Assembly (NCBI RefSeq): GCF_963921235.1
Contig: NC_086108.1
Location: 60,018,001 to 60,082,000 of the forward strand
Reading direction: 5' to 3'
From: Mobula hypostoma
Lineage: Eukaryota
DNA length: 64,000 nucleotides
Made by a program: the position numbers and the translations under genes
Shown: piece after piece, positions 42,236-54,556 of the stretch
Numbering within the stretch: the first letter of the stretch is position 1
How the letters are laid out: each line of letters opens with the position of its first letter
The notes under the pieces: generated by a model
Told to the model about the DNA's origin: nothing
Database searches by the model: none
The model's input: the letters and a program-made list of their open reading frames with translations, nothing else

Positions 42236-43948
42236 ACAAGTACACTTGTTTCTGAGTGTATTTCTGGAAGTCAAATTGACCCTTACAATTAGAGCAATGA
42301 AGCTAAAATATAAACAAGCTTATTCAAAGTTCAAAAATATATTTCTTGAATCTAAAATCAATTTTACTGATATCCATACTTATAAAATTAGATAATTGGT
42401 CAAGATTCTTAGCGAGGCATAAATTGTGGTTTAGGAGGTTGTTAAAACCTCACATAATTTATGCATTACAATTATATTTTCAGGGTTTTTCCCTATGAGA
42501 ATAGTTAATAAATACTTGGATTTCTTGTGATTGTACTGGGGAATGTTGTAAAACACCACAAACTTGTAAGGAATAGGAAATAATTAGCGACAGCTTCTGA
42601 CCACAGTATTTACTACAGCCACTTGTGCTCCAGAAGTTGTTGATATTTTCATGATGCAATCTTAGCAAATTCACCACTGTGCTGAAATTACAGTTGCAAA
42701 ATCTGAGTCTAATTATTGAGATGCTGAAAAAAATATCCAATTTGAACTTTTTTCATGGGAATTTTTGACAGCCCTGCAATATTGGCATAACTTTGCCAGA
42801 TGAAAGGAAGTATACATGCAAGAGAAATCTTAGTGCACAGAGAGATGACAAAGAGAGAAAGAAAGAAAGTTAGTTGTTATACTGACACACGAACTTTGAA
42901 ATCCAGCAAGATAAGCCATCAATTTATCTTCTCTACAAAAGTACCCATGACAGTGCCATATTCACTCAATCATACATGAAGGGCCAATCTACTTTCAATT
43001 CTGTTGAAAGGGAGTTGCACCAACAACCTTCGAATTTGAAAGCAAGATTGCTACCAGCTGTTAAACTGCCACTTGAGCCTTTAAATCATAAAAATGATAG
43101 ATATTTGTGAAGTGAAACCGGGCCATTTGGTCAATCATGCCCATATCAGCCACATGGAGTTTTCTTTCTGGTTACTCTGCCTCCCAGCTCTCGTTGTGTA
43201 GCATTCAAGTGCTTATTGTGATATACTTTATATGTGAATGTGGTGTCAACTTCCACCATCCCTTCAGGCAGTGAGAAAGAACACAGAGTAGTCTGACCTC
43301 TTGTACTGGATTAACAGACCTAGAATAAATCAAATCTCCCAAAAGAGCAGAGATACAAGGGCTTCAGGATTAGCAAATCTTGGCTAAACTTTCCCAGTGG
43401 AGGATTCTTTCATTAGTAGAGGTCATTGGTGCCCTGGTGACCTGCAACAACGTGGGCAAAACCTTTTAACATCTATTATAATGAATAAGAAAATTTCCAT
43501 TGCATTAACATTTACTGATAGCTTAAGGGTAAAGGAAAATAATAGATAGAAATTTTTCAGCTCACTAGTGATAAAAGATTGCCTACCCAGCTAGAAAATG
43601 ACCGCTGATACATAACAATGTCCTTAGGCTCCTTCTTTCAACATCTTATCTCTGTTTTCCATAAGCAACAAATAACTTACTGATAAATGTTAATTATACT
43701 ATGGAATTCTTTTCTCTGAGATCTATTGGTAATGGTGCTGAAGCAGGGAAACGTGTGGTAGGATAATTATCTATACACATCAACCAAGACGTGAATTTAG
43801 TTTCCATCACTTGTTAAATTTTATTTGCAGATAAAAATGTGTAAAATAGTATTTCTTATATAGCCCTCAGTTTTTAATTCAGTTTCTTATTGAAGTATTT
43901 ATAGATGACTGTCATGTCATGTGATGGATTTCCCTGTTAAATCTAAAG

Positions 43949-44274
43949 CTGTGTCTCCAATGGAAAGGAGATTACAGGCTAATATTGTATTGTATAGCCA
44001 TTCCATCTAGGTACAGACAGACATACTGTATTACTTAGGAATGTCTCTGGAATAAAGAGTGCTGAGATTTAAGCCAATTAATCCAGATGTTACTCCTACA
44101 GAATATAGGAGTGTAGATTTTTTCAAGAACATGGGATTTGGATAGAACCTCTATTTATGGAGGTTCATCAGTAGAGGCTAATAACAACCTCCCAGAGATG
44201 GCCATACACCCAAGCCAGATTAAATTGGCAATAATGCAGCACTTTTGGAAATATTGTGAGCTACAGCTATATAA
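43949..44274 (+). pseudogene. Candidate host exon B (stops and a +1 frameshift)
   Basis: Weak acceptor ttccctgttaaatctaaag| and donor AA|gtatgc. Reads VSPMERRLQANIVLYSHSI*VQTDILYYL/ECLWNKEC*DLSQLIQMLLLQNIGV*IFSRTWDLDRTSIYGGSSVEANNNLPEMAIHPSQIKLAIMQHFWKYCELQLY. Phases fit exons A and C. Confidence 0.35.
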
Positions 44275-44489
44275 GTATGCAGGTCACCTCCCTGTCTGTT
44301 TATTTGTCAAGTAGTTAAGAAGTCTAATCTGAAATTAATTTTGCTAATTTATATTAATCTCAGCTCTAAATTTATAATCAGCAATCAGGAAGAAACATTC
44401 AAACTTCATTTACCTAATTATGTTAATGTTCATCTTTAAAATAATCTGCTTTAAAAAAAACCTTTCAAAATCAGCAAGAAATCTAATCA

Positions 44490-44629
44490 CAAACAACAGG
44501 AATTCTGCAGATGCTGGAAATTCAAGCAACACACATCAAAGTTGCTGGTGAACGCAGCAGGCCAGGCAGCATCTCTAGGAAGAGGTGCAGTCGACGTTTC
44601 AGGCCGTGACCCTTCGTCAGGACTAACTG
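44490..44629 (-). mobile_element. 140-bp Penelope pLTR insertion with 12-13 bp TSD
   Basis: Nearly identical to 57166-57273. AGAAATCTAATCA is duplicated at 44477-44489 and 44630-44642. Confidence 0.92.
44588..44629 (-). ncRNA. Intact minimal type I hammerhead ribozyme motif
   Basis: Minus strand reads cagtt-AGTC-CTGACGA-AGG-gtcacgg-CCT-GAAA-CG-TC-GACT-g: stem I AGTC/GACT, CUGANGA and GAAA core, stem II, palindromic ACGU helix III, GUC cleavage triplet. Confidence 0.75.
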
Positions 44630-45215
44630 AGAAATCTAATCAAACTGTTTATGAAGTAATTAGTGAGTAAAAAGAGATATTTTACTTGTAGTCATTCTGA
44701 TTCTTATTTTTGTAGAATAGCAAACCAAAAGTTACCACACAGAAAAAAGTGAAAAAAATGAACTAGACATTAATTCACAATTGCAAAGCAAAAGCAAAAA
44801 GAATGTGAACAGAATTTATGGGGGAATCAAATTACTCTAGATAGTTTTTTTATCACAGATTAAGAGATTCTAAATGTCAAAAGAAATGTCGTTTGCACCA
44901 TATGTATGATCCTTTCAAAATTAACTGCCTTCAATATTTCTATGTCAAATTCTTCAATCAAAATGCCTGGCTTTCTATTTGGGGGAGGAGAGCTTATACC
45001 AAATGTAAACAAGGATGAGCAGAAATCTTCCACTTGAAGTTTAACAGCATATTTAAATTAAACTATAGTATTTTTATCTTAGTTAATGAAGTACTCAAAA
45101 AGGTGCTCCTGAAGCCCAGTCAGGGAAAAGCAGATTCCTGCTGTCAACTAGTAATGAACAACACTTAAGAAAAATTGCATATTCAAGTACACACATGAAA
45201 ATGTTCTTTTATGTG

Positions 45216-46007
45216 CAGCGGATTCCGGTTAATTGGGCCATCAGTTAATCTGGGCAGCTGCTTATTTGGGGAAATTCTTAAAGAACAAAAACTAATTGAG
45301 AAAATTGCCAGAATTCCTTTTGTTTATTTGAGATGCTCTGCCACTTAACTGGGGCCAGCGACTGCTGCCAAACAGTTTCTAACTAGTGTCAGTCACATAC
45401 ATTCGTATGGCCGTTAGACACTACACCTTCCTTAGAGCCAACCGTTTTTAAATCGCGTCAGCTGCATGTGTTTGTGTTCAAAAAGCAGTGATTTTTATCA
45501 CTGACAGTTGATGAGAAATAAGCATTAAGACAATTTAGAACTGTTTTGCTCAGTACAGTTTCAAACATTCAGGCTTTGCAATCCAGAAATAGCCAGGAGT
45601 GAGAATGAAATAATTTCACTACTTCAGTGAGATAGGAACAATGAATGATTTGAAGGCACCGACAATCATCTTGAATGTTACAATGAAAAGGAAGATTTGG
45701 ATGATGTAATTATATGAAGACAGCCCATTATCTGCACTGGGCGTCCACACTGATTTTGTTCATTTTCAGTCAATCAAAAGAACACAACAGCATACACTGG
45801 TACATTATTATACTTTCATAACACTGTGGTAGTATTGGAAGTGTTCAAATTTACTCTGTACTTCATTTAAATACATAATTTGTTACTCAGTTTGTCTTTT
45901 TTTATACCTTTTAACTATTTCCATGAAACTTCAGCTAATTGGGGAAGCTGGTTAATCAGGTCAAACTGTACTGGTGCTGATGTGTCCCAGTTGGTCGGAA
46001 TCCACCA
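45216..46007. mobile_element. Old non-autonomous Tc1/mariner-superfamily (Tigger/pogo-like) DNA transposon
   Basis: Degenerate ~25-bp terminal inverted repeats (TIRs): cagcggattccggttaattgggcca on the left versus tgtcccagttggtcggaatccacca on the right. There are subterminal ttaattggg repeats, and the TA flanks appear mutated. Confidence 0.6.
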
Positions 46008-46016
46008 CACTGTTTG

Positions 46017-46445
46017 CATGAGCGAGTGGCCACAGTCCGGTATACTGCTTTGATGGGCGGGCTAAACCAGGTGAGGGTGGCCGGGAACCTCCAACTCTGG
46101 TGAGATAGTGATATGCCTACCCCAGCATGCGAAGCCAGTTCTGACGGACTGGGCGGATGAGATTATCTACAAATTCCAATGGCGAAGGCTGCGCTGCAAT
46201 GCTTCGTGGAGAGTGAGGGGCATGACAAGGCACAGAAGGCGTCACTGTTATCCACTGCAGCTGAGGAAGTCTCCAGATGTGATGATTTTTTGTACCATTG
46301 GACCGAGATCTTTGAGGCCAGGACAGTGAAACTGCCCTTCTGCAACAGCTTTTTCACTATAAAACTCCTCCGGAACAGATTTTTCTCCATGCAGCCTGAT
46401 GAACTGCACAGACAAATGTCATTGTTGGAAACGACAGACAACCAA
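46017..46445 (+). mobile_element. GC-richer interspersed repeat, possibly an RTE-type LINE 5' leader
   Basis: Sharp compositional change and self-complementary segments. The family assignment is from memory of similar sequences and is not verified. Confidence 0.3.
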
Positions 46446-46599
46446 CACACTCCACTTTCCTCTGTGTTAGGGGAGAATAAGAGGAAACAGAATCTCAGAC
46501 AAAACAGAATGTATGGGCTGCCCAAAGGGATACTGTTAGCCAGAGGAAGAGCAAAAAATATGTCCTCAAAAAATCTCTTGTGTACCCAATATTCCCTTT

Positions 46600-47400
46600 A
46601 TCCTGATGATGATCACCATACGTGGCTGTGTCAGTTGGAGTGTGGAACCAAAGTACATGGGCTCTGATTGTCACCCTGTACTGAGGTTCTACCTGTCCTC
46701 AGGGTTGCAGAAGGTAGACCCCTCTACCACGCAATGCCCCAGGCAGCTTGTCACTGCCATACTGCCTGTCCTTCAGGGAGGAGTTTTGCCCGGTAAACAT
46801 CTTTGACCACGTCCATCAGGCAGAAGTCAACACAGAATATACTGCAGGCACTGTAGGACAGGGACACTATGGATTCTGTCCTGAGAAAATAGTCCAGATC
46901 CCATGACAGAATAACTCATCGCCAGATCTGACCAACGAGCACCAAGACTTCACTTGGGTGGTGGTGAAAGGCACTCCCCAATCAGAGCTTTCCTCTACAG
47001 ATGACAGACCATCTCCAACGTACACTGCCAGTGGTTGGGAAGAAACTGTCACCCATCTTTCTGTTAACTGCAGGTTTGCTAAGACTGTGTAGAGACGGAT
47101 ACAAGGGTCCATATCCCACTTTATCCCCAGCGGCTGTATAACCAAGAGCTCGCTGATTTACTGGCTGTTCCCATGCACACACACACTGAGACAAAAGTCA
47201 AGTGCTGCTGGAAGGTTATCAACTCAGTAAAGGATGCCCTTTGGTCTGCCTGAAACTTGCCAGTTTTCCACCACACCAAGTTGTGTGTGAGGGAATGCTT
47301 CAGATTGGCACAGCCTAGGCTGCAGGAGTACATGCTGAGGGACACACTGAAGTTTCGTGCAGCCAGTGCTAAGTCTCTGTGGAGGAGGGCCACAGTCTAG
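46600..47400 (+). mobile_element. Tx1 (L1-group) LINE ORF2 C-terminal fragment, frameshifted
   Basis: CHPVLRFYLS..., SPDLTNEHQDFTW, EETVTHL..NC.FAK (zinc-knuckle remnant), CCWKVINSVKDALWSA, ECFRLA..RLQEYMLRD..., ending RATV* at 47400. Confidence 0.8.
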
Positions 47401-47600
47401 GTTCCTTAAACTGCTATGCATGGGGAGGCAGAGTATCACCTCAGCGAGCCAGGTGAGGGGTAATGGGGCTGAGCTTATTCGTGGCTTTTTGTATACAGGG
47501 TTTTTTTAAGAGTTTACACTGCCATATTTTTATTTTAAATCCTAAATAATTAGACATAAGGCTCTTGCACAGACCTCTGATACTATAGAGATAAACTTTT

Positions 47601-47802
47601 GATCTGTCATGACCCCTGCACTTTATTTATCTCCCTGCACTGCACTTTCTCTGGAACTGAAACACTACATTCTGTTTTCTGTTTTTGTTTCTTTTATACT
47701 ACCTTGATGTACTTATGTATGGAATGATCTGTCAGAATGGCATCCAAACAAAAGCTTCTCACTGTATCTCAGTGCCTGTGACGATAACAAACCAAAAACC
47801 AG
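47601..47802 (+). mobile_element. LINE 3' UTR fragment (Rex1/Babar-like)
   Basis: ctgcactgcactttctctg...aaagcttctcactgtatctcagtgcctgtgacgataacaaacc tail. Recognised by similarity only. Confidence 0.5.
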
Positions 47803-48007
47803 TAAGAGAAGGTAATCAATAAAACGATGCATATATACAAATACCAGCCTTGTTAGAAACAGGAAGCAGGAACTAGGGGCTGCCTGGGGAGTAGAGAAAC
47901 ACAGTGAAGTCAGAATATTAGAATAATCCACAAAGAAAATCAATACACTTTCAGGAAGCTGGAATGCTCAAGAACTTCAGAGTGGGTGAAAAATGACTGA
48001 TATAATA

Positions 48008-48208
48008 CGAGAGGTGATGATAAGTTCGTGGCCTAAGGTGGAAGGAGTCAATTTTAGAAAACCTAGCAATTTTCAATTACTTGAAACAGAAATACCACAG
48101 AAGTTATCAGCTTCAAACTTTCTGCATAATCACTCAAAGAGTTAAACAGTATGTGCATGTAACGAGAGCTGTATAACCTGAGGCCACAAACTTATCAATC
48201 ACCCCTCG
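48008..48208. mobile_element. Mariner-type MITE (201 bp) with TA TSD
   Basis: Left TA|cgagaggtgatgataagttcgtggcctaagg and right cctgaggccacaaacttatcaatcacccctcg|TA form ~31-bp TIRs. Confidence 0.9.
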
Positions 48209-48350
48209 TAGCATATCTCAGGCAAGGTGCTAGCATGGGTATGAAATTAGTTTTCTAATTGCCATATCTTGAGTCAGTTGTAGAATGGGGTAATATCACA
48301 GCAGCACATGCCTCAAATAGAGGGTTCAGTCATTGATATCAGACAGGGTT

Positions 48351-50398
48351 CATAGAAACATAGAAACATAGAAAATAGGTGCAGGAGTAGGCCATTCGGC
48401 CCTTCGAGCCTGCACCGCCATTTATTATGATCATGGCTGATCATCCAACTCAGAACCCAGCCTTCCCTCCATACCCCCTGACCCCTGTAGCCACAAGGGC
48501 CATATCTAACTCCCTCTTAAACATAGCCAATGAACTGGCCTCAACAGTTTGCTGTGGCAGAGAATTCCACAGATTCACCACCCTCTGTGTGAAGAAGTTT
48601 TTCCTAATCTCGGTCCTAAAAGGCTTCCCCTCTATCCTCAAACTGTGACCCCTCGTTCTGGACCTCCCCAACATTGGGAACAATCTTCCCGCATCTAGCC
48701 TGTCCAATCCCTTTAGGATCTTATACGTTTCAATCAGATCCCCCCTCAATCTTCTAAATTCCAACGAGTACAAGCCCAGTACATCCAGTCTTTCTTCATA
48801 TGAAAGACCTGCCATCCCAGGAATCAATCTGGTGAACCTTCTTTGTACTCCCTCCATGGCAAAGATGTCTTTCCTCAGATTAGGGGACCAAAACTGCACA
48901 CAATACTCCAGGTGTGGTCTCACCAAGGCCTTGTACAACTGCAGTAGTACCTCCCTGTTCCTGTACTCGAATCCTCTCGCTATAAATGCCAGCATACCGT
49001 TCGCCTTTTTCACCGCCTGCTGTACCTGCATGCCCACTTTCAATGACTGGTGTATAATGACACCCAGGTCCCGTTGCACCTCCCCTTTTCCTAATCGGCC
49101 ACCATTCAGATAATAATCTGTTTTCCTATTTTTGCCACCAAAGTGGATAACTTCACATTTATCCACATTAAATTGCATCTGCCATGAGTTTGCCCACTCA
49201 CCCAACCTATCCAAGTCACCCTGCATCCTCTTAGCATCCTCCTCACTGCTAACACTGCCACCCAGCTTCGTGTCATCCGCAAACTTGGAGATGCTGCATT
49301 TAATTCCCTCATCCAAGTCATTAATATATATTGTAAACAACTGGGGTCCCAGCACTGAGCCTTGCGGTACCCCACTAGTCACCGCCTGCCATTCTGAAAA
49401 GGTCCCGTTTATTCCCACTCTTTGCTTCCTGTCTGCTAACCAATTCTCCACCCACACCAATACCTTACCCCCAATACCGTGTGCTTTAAGTTTGCACACT
49501 AATCTCCTGTGTGGGACCTTGTCAAAAGCCTTTTGAAAATCCAAATATACCACATCCACTGGTTCTCGCCTATCTACTCTACTAGTTACATCCTCAAAAA
49601 ATTCTATGAGATTCGTCAGACATGATTTTCCTTTCACAAATCCATGCTGACTTTGTCCGATCATTTCACCGCTTTCCAAATGTGCTGTTATCACATCCTT
49701 GATAACTGACTCCAGCAGTTTCCCCACCACCGACGTTAGGCTAACTGGTCTATAATTCCCCGGTTTCTCTCTCCCTCCTTTTTTAAAAAGTGGGGTTACA
49801 TTAGCCACCCTCCAATCCTCAGGAACTAGTCCAGAATCTAACGAGTTTTGAAAAATTATCACTAATGCATCCACTATTTCTTGGGCTACTTCCTTAAGCA
49901 CTCTGGGATGCAGACCATCTGGCCCTGGGGATTTATCTGCCTTCAATCCCTTCAATTTACCTAACACCACTTCCCTACTAACATGTATTTCACTCAGTTC
50001 CTCCATCTCACTGGACCCTCTGTCCCTTACTATTTCTGGAAGATTATTTATGTCCTCCTTAGTGAAGACAGAACCAAAGTAATTATTCAATTGGTCTGCC
50101 ATGTCCTTGCTCCCCATAATCAATTCACCTGTTTCTGTCTGCAGGGGACCTACATTTGTCTTTATCAGTCTTTTCCTTTTTACATATCTATAAAAGCTTT
50201 TACAGTCCGTTTTTATGTTCTCTGCCAGTTTTCTCTCATAATCTTTTTTCCCCTTCCTAATTAAGCCCTTTGTCCTCCTCTGCTGAACTCTGAATTTCTC
50301 CCAGTCCTCAGGTGAGCCACTTTCTCTGGCTAATTTGTATGCTACTTCTTTGGAATTGATACTATCCCTAATTTCTCTTGTCAGCCACGGGTGCACTA
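48351..50398 (-). mobile_element. Young 5'-truncated CR1 LINE 'D', same subfamily as C
   Basis: (catagaaa)n tail. Aligns almost base for base with 28920-30965. Confidence 0.96.
48450..50396 (-). CDS. Uninterrupted CR1 ORF2 remnant (reverse transcriptase, 648 aa; lacks endonuclease and true start)
   Basis: PGPDG, NYRPVSLTS, QHGF, DFQKAFD, GVPQGSVLGP, FADD, LVRPHLEY, with no stops up to the natural C-terminus. Confidence 0.85.
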   Translation of the reverse strand: MHPWLTREIRDSINSKEVAYKLARESGSPEDWEKFRVQQRRTKGLIRKGKKDYERKLAENIKTDCKSFYRYVKRKRLIKTNVGPLQTETGELIMGSKDMADQLNNYFGSVFTKEDINNLPEIVRDRGSSEMEELSEIHVSREVVLGKLKGLKADKSPGPDGLHPRVLKEVAQEIVDALVIIFQNSLDSGLVPEDWRVANVTPLFKKGGREKPGNYRPVSLTSVVGKLLESVIKDVITAHLESGEMIGQSQHGFVKGKSCLTNLIEFFEDVTSRVDRREPVDVVYLDFQKAFDKVPHRRLVCKLKAHGIGGKVLVWVENWLADRKQRVGINGTFSEWQAVTSGVPQGSVLGPQLFTIYINDLDEGIKCSISKFADDTKLGGSVSSEEDAKRMQGDLDRLGEWANSWQMQFNVDKCEVIHFGGKNRKTDYYLNGGRLGKGEVQRDLGVIIHQSLKVGMQVQQAVKKANGMLAFIARGFEYRNREVLLQLYKALVRPHLEYCVQFWSPNLRKDIFAMEGVQRRFTRLIPGMAGLSYEERLDVLGLYSLEFRRLRGDLIETYKILKGLDRLDAGRLFPMLGRSRTRGHSLRIEGKPFRTEIRKNFFTQRVVNLWNSLPQQTVEASSLAMFKRELDMALVATGVRGYGGKAGF

Positions 50399-50995
50399 TC
50401 CAACAATATTAAACATAACGAGCAATTATTTCATTCCTATTCATTATTGATGGAGGAAAATTGGACAGGCCACCCAGCAAAATCCATGGGATGATTTAGA
50501 TAATATATGAAATGGCGGATACTGATTCGCCCACCCAGTACATCTCTCTCCAGGTTTCTATATCCATTGAAGTCAAAGATAATGAAAATGAACAGATCAA
50601 CACCTTTGCTTAAAATCCCATTGCTAGGTTACTAAAATTAATAATGCTAATAATACTAACATAATTTAAAATCAAAGTTAAGAACAATTTTGCTCTGCTT
50701 ATTTTTAATTGTTGTAGACATCGGATCCAAGCAAGCTGTCAGTGTAAGCTTTCACTTTATATATAAAGGTTAGACTACTCAACCTCTATTAATAGATGGG
50801 AATGGTCTGCTCTAATGCACTTGAGGTGATAGTGATGAAGTTTCGACTCAAAGCAGTATTGCTTTATTTAAATTGATCTTCACGAATTACAGCTATCAAG
50901 CACAGTGAACAATTTCCAACACTTTTAATAACTTGCTTCTATGTTTTTCTAATATTCCATGTCTGACAATCTATATTAATGCAATAGCTTTAGTG

Positions 50996-51890
50996 TTCAA
51001 AGTAAATTTATTATCAAAGTGCGTATGTCATCAAGTACTGCCCTGAGATTCATTTTCTTCAGAACAAAGAAGTACAATAGAATCATTGAAAGACTATGCA
51101 CAAAGAAAGACTGACAAGCAGGCAATGTGAGAAAGAAGACAAACTGAAAATACAAAAAGAAACAGATAATAATAAGTAAATAAATAATACTGAGAACATG
51201 AGTTGTAGAGTCCTCAAAAGTGAGTCCAAATGTTGTGTTCAGTGCTGCGGTGAGTGAAAATGTCACACTGGTTCAGGAGCCTAGTGATTGAAGGGTAATA
51301 ACTGTTCATGAATTGGGTGATATGGGACCTAAGATTTTTGTACCTTCTTCCTGATGGTTGCAGCGAGAAGAGAACATAGCCTGGATGTTGAAGGTACTTG
51401 AAGACTGACGCTACTTTCTTGTGCCATCACTCCATGAAGATGCGCTCAATATTGGGAGAGCTTTTCCAGTAATGGACTGGGCTGTATTCATTACGTTTCT
51501 GTTGGTTTTTCCATTCTTGGGCACTGGTGTTTCCATACCAGGATGTGATGCAGTCAATCCCGATACTCTCAACTCTACATCTGTAGAAACTTGTCAAAGT
51601 TTTGGATGACATGCTGAATCTGTGCAAACTTCTAAGAAAGTAGAGGTGCTGCCACACTTTCTTTGATATGGAATTTATGTGCTGGATGTTATCATATTAA
51701 AGGACAGATCCTTTAATATGATAACATCCAGGAATTTAATGTTACTGAACCTTTCCTCCTCTGACTTCATAATTGGCATTAGCTCATGGACACCTAATTT
51801 CTTCCTCCTGTAGTCAAAAAGCAGCTCTTTGGTTTTGCTGATGTTGAATGAGAGGCTGTTGTTGGGGGACCACTTAACCAGTGCCACATT
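50996..51890 (-). mobile_element. Rex1/Babar-type LINE 3' fragment, degenerate
   Basis: W..NN.L..NISKTKEL..DYRRK, LYFLRSL.RF.MS.KTL..FYRC.VESI...CITSWYGN, and a 3' UTR with AATAAA on the minus strand. Confidence 0.85.
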
Positions 51891-51898
51891 AGAAATCA

Positions 51899-52905
51899 TG
51901 AACACAAGAAAGACTGCAGATGCTGGAAATCCAAAGCAACGCACACACACAAAATGTTGGAGAATCTCTGGAAGTCAGGCAGTATCTATGGAAATGAATA
52001 AACTGTCAACGTTTCAGGAAAGGAAGGGGGAAAATACCAGAATAAAAAAGATAGGGGAGGGGAAGAAGGAAGCCAGGTGAGTAGGAAAGATGAAGAGCTG
52101 GAGAGGAAGGAATCTCATGGGAGAGGATAATGGACTATAGGAGAAAGTGGGGGGGGGTCAAGGGGAAGTGATAGGGAGGTGAGAAGACATAAGATGAAAG
52201 CGTGGAGAACAGAAGAAGAGGGAATTTCTTAACCAGAAAGAGAAATCAATATTCATACTATCAGATTGGAGGCTATCCAGACGGGATATAAGATGCTGCT
52301 CCTCCACCCTGAGGGTGGCTACGGACTGACATGTGAAAATGGGAATGGGAATCTGAATTCAAATATTTGGCCATCGGGAAGCTCTGCTTTTGGTGGATGG
52401 AGCAAAGGTGCTCAACAAAGCAGTCCCCAATTTACGATGGGTCTCTTCAATGCACACACATCGGAAGCACCAGACACGATAGATAACCCCAGCAGATTCA
52501 CAGGCAAAGTGTTGCTTCATCTGGAAGGACTGTTTGGGGCACTAAATGGAGGTGAGGGAGGAGGTGAGTGGGGAGGTGTAGTACTTTTGCCACTTGCAGG
52601 GATAAGTGTTGGGAGGGAGATTAGTAGGAAGGGATGAATGGACAAGGGAATCGTGGAGGGAACAATCACTGTGGAAAGCAGAAAGTGGGGGGTGGGGAGA
52701 TAAAGATGTGTTTGGTAGTAGGATCACTTTGGAGGGAGCAGAAGCTGTGGAAAATGTTCTGTTGGATATGGAGGCGCATGAGGTGGTAGGTAAAGACAAG
52801 AGGAACTCTATCACTGTTAAAGCAGAGGAAGGTGGGGTGAGAGTGGATTCAGGAAATGGATGAGATGCGGGTAAGGACAGCATCTATGGTGGAGGAAGGG
52901 AAACT
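51899..52905 (-). mobile_element. Old Penelope-like 3' fragment (GIY-YIG remnant + pLTR)
   Basis: LSAFHSD.SLHDSLVHSS..TNLPP.TYPCK..K.YT.P.TSSLTSI is homologous to ORF 57561..58922. pLTR end ctgcagatgctggaaatcc. Confidence 0.85.
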
Positions 52906-54556
52906 CATATGATAAGCCTTTCAATCCCGGAATCATTTTCATGAACCTACTTTAAACCCTCTCCAATGTCAACACATCCTTTCTTAGATAAGAGGCTCGA
53001 AACTGCTCACAGTACTCCAAGTGAGGTCTCACCAGTGCCTTATAAAGCATCAATGTTACATCCTTGCATTTATTTTCTTGTTCTCTCAGAATGAATGATA
53101 ACATTGCATTTGCATTCCTTGCCACTGATTTCGCAAAATAACATTTAGGGGATCCTATACGAGGACTCCCATCCGTTTGCACCTCAGTTCTCTGCGTTTG
53201 GAAAATACTCTACATTTTTATTTCTTCTACCAAAGTGTATGATCATATACTTCCTGACATTGTATTCCATCTGCGACCTCTTTGCCCATTCTCCTAATCT
53301 GTCTAAGTCCTTCTGTAGCCTCTCTAATTCCTCAACACTACCTGCCCCTCCACCAATCTTCATATCATCTGCCATCTTGGCCACAAAGCCATCAATTCTG
53401 TCATCCAAATCATTGACATTTAACGGAAGAAGAATTGGTCCCAACACAGACCCCTGTGGAACACAACTAGTCACTGACAGCCAGTTGAAAATGCTCCCTT
53501 TATCCATACTCTTAGGTCTTGCTAATCAGCCACTGCTCTATGAATGCTTGTATCTTTTCTGTAATACCATGGGCTCATAGCTTGTTAAGCAGCCTCATGT
53601 GCGGCAACTTCTCAAAGGCCTTCTGAAAATCCAAGTACACAACATCCACCAATTCACCTTTGTCTTTCCTGCTTGTTATTTCTTCAAAAAATTCCTACAA
53701 ATTTGTCAGGCAAGATTTTCACTTGAGGAAACCATGCTGAATTTGGCTTATTTGATCATGTGCCTCCAAGTACCCTGAATGACATCCTTAAAAATCAGCT
53801 CCAACACCTTCCCAGCCACTGAGGTCAGAATAAAAGGCTTATAATTTCCTTTTTTCTGTCTCTCTCCCTTCTTGAAGTGTGGAGTGACATTCCAATCCTC
53901 CAGAACCATGCCAGAATCTAGTGATTCATGAAAGGTCATTACTAATACCTCCACATTTTCTTCAACCACCCCTTTCAAAACCCCAGAGTACACACCATCT
54001 GGTCCAGATGATTTATCTACTTCCAAACCTTTCAGTTTCCCAAGCACTTTCTCCCTAGAAATGGTAACTTCACTCAATTCTGCTCTCTGACACATTCAAA
54101 TTTCCAGCATACTGTTAGTGCCTTCCACAGTGATTCTGCAGGATTCCCTAAAGGTTAATTTGCAATACTTGGTTCTTCTGATATTTCCTTGTCCCCCATC
54201 ACTACCTCCATGGCATCATTTTCCAGTGGTCCAATATCTACTTTCAACTCTCTTTTACTCTTTATATATCTAAAGAAACTTTTGGTATCCTCTTCAATAT
54301 CATTGGCTAGCTTATCTTCTTATTCCATTTTTACTCTATTTATGACTTTTTAGTTGCCTTCTGTTGGTAATTAAATGCTTCCCAATCTTCTAACTTCCTA
54401 TTAATTTTTGCTCTATAATACACCCTCTCTTTGGCTTTTACGTTGGTTTTGGCCTCTCTTGTCAGCCTCAGTTGTGTCACTCTGCCTCCAGAATACTTCT
54501 TTGTTGGGATGTATCTGTCCTGCACCTTCTGAATTGGTCCCAGAAATTCCAACCAC
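52906..54556 (-). mobile_element. Degenerate CR1 ORF2 fragment
   Basis: YKALVRPHLEYCEQF, VPQGSVLGP, KMADD, DKSSGPDG, KKGERQKKGNY. Confidence 0.9.

Noticed and set aside
44290..44450. TAAT-rich stretches as conserved non-coding enhancers (also about 35060-35130)
   Set aside because: They cannot be told from AT-rich background without cross-species alignment.
46108..46667. Overlapping ORFs of 73-162 aa
   Set aside because: They have no recognisable domain and span a repeat-like segment and the start of the Tx1 fragment.
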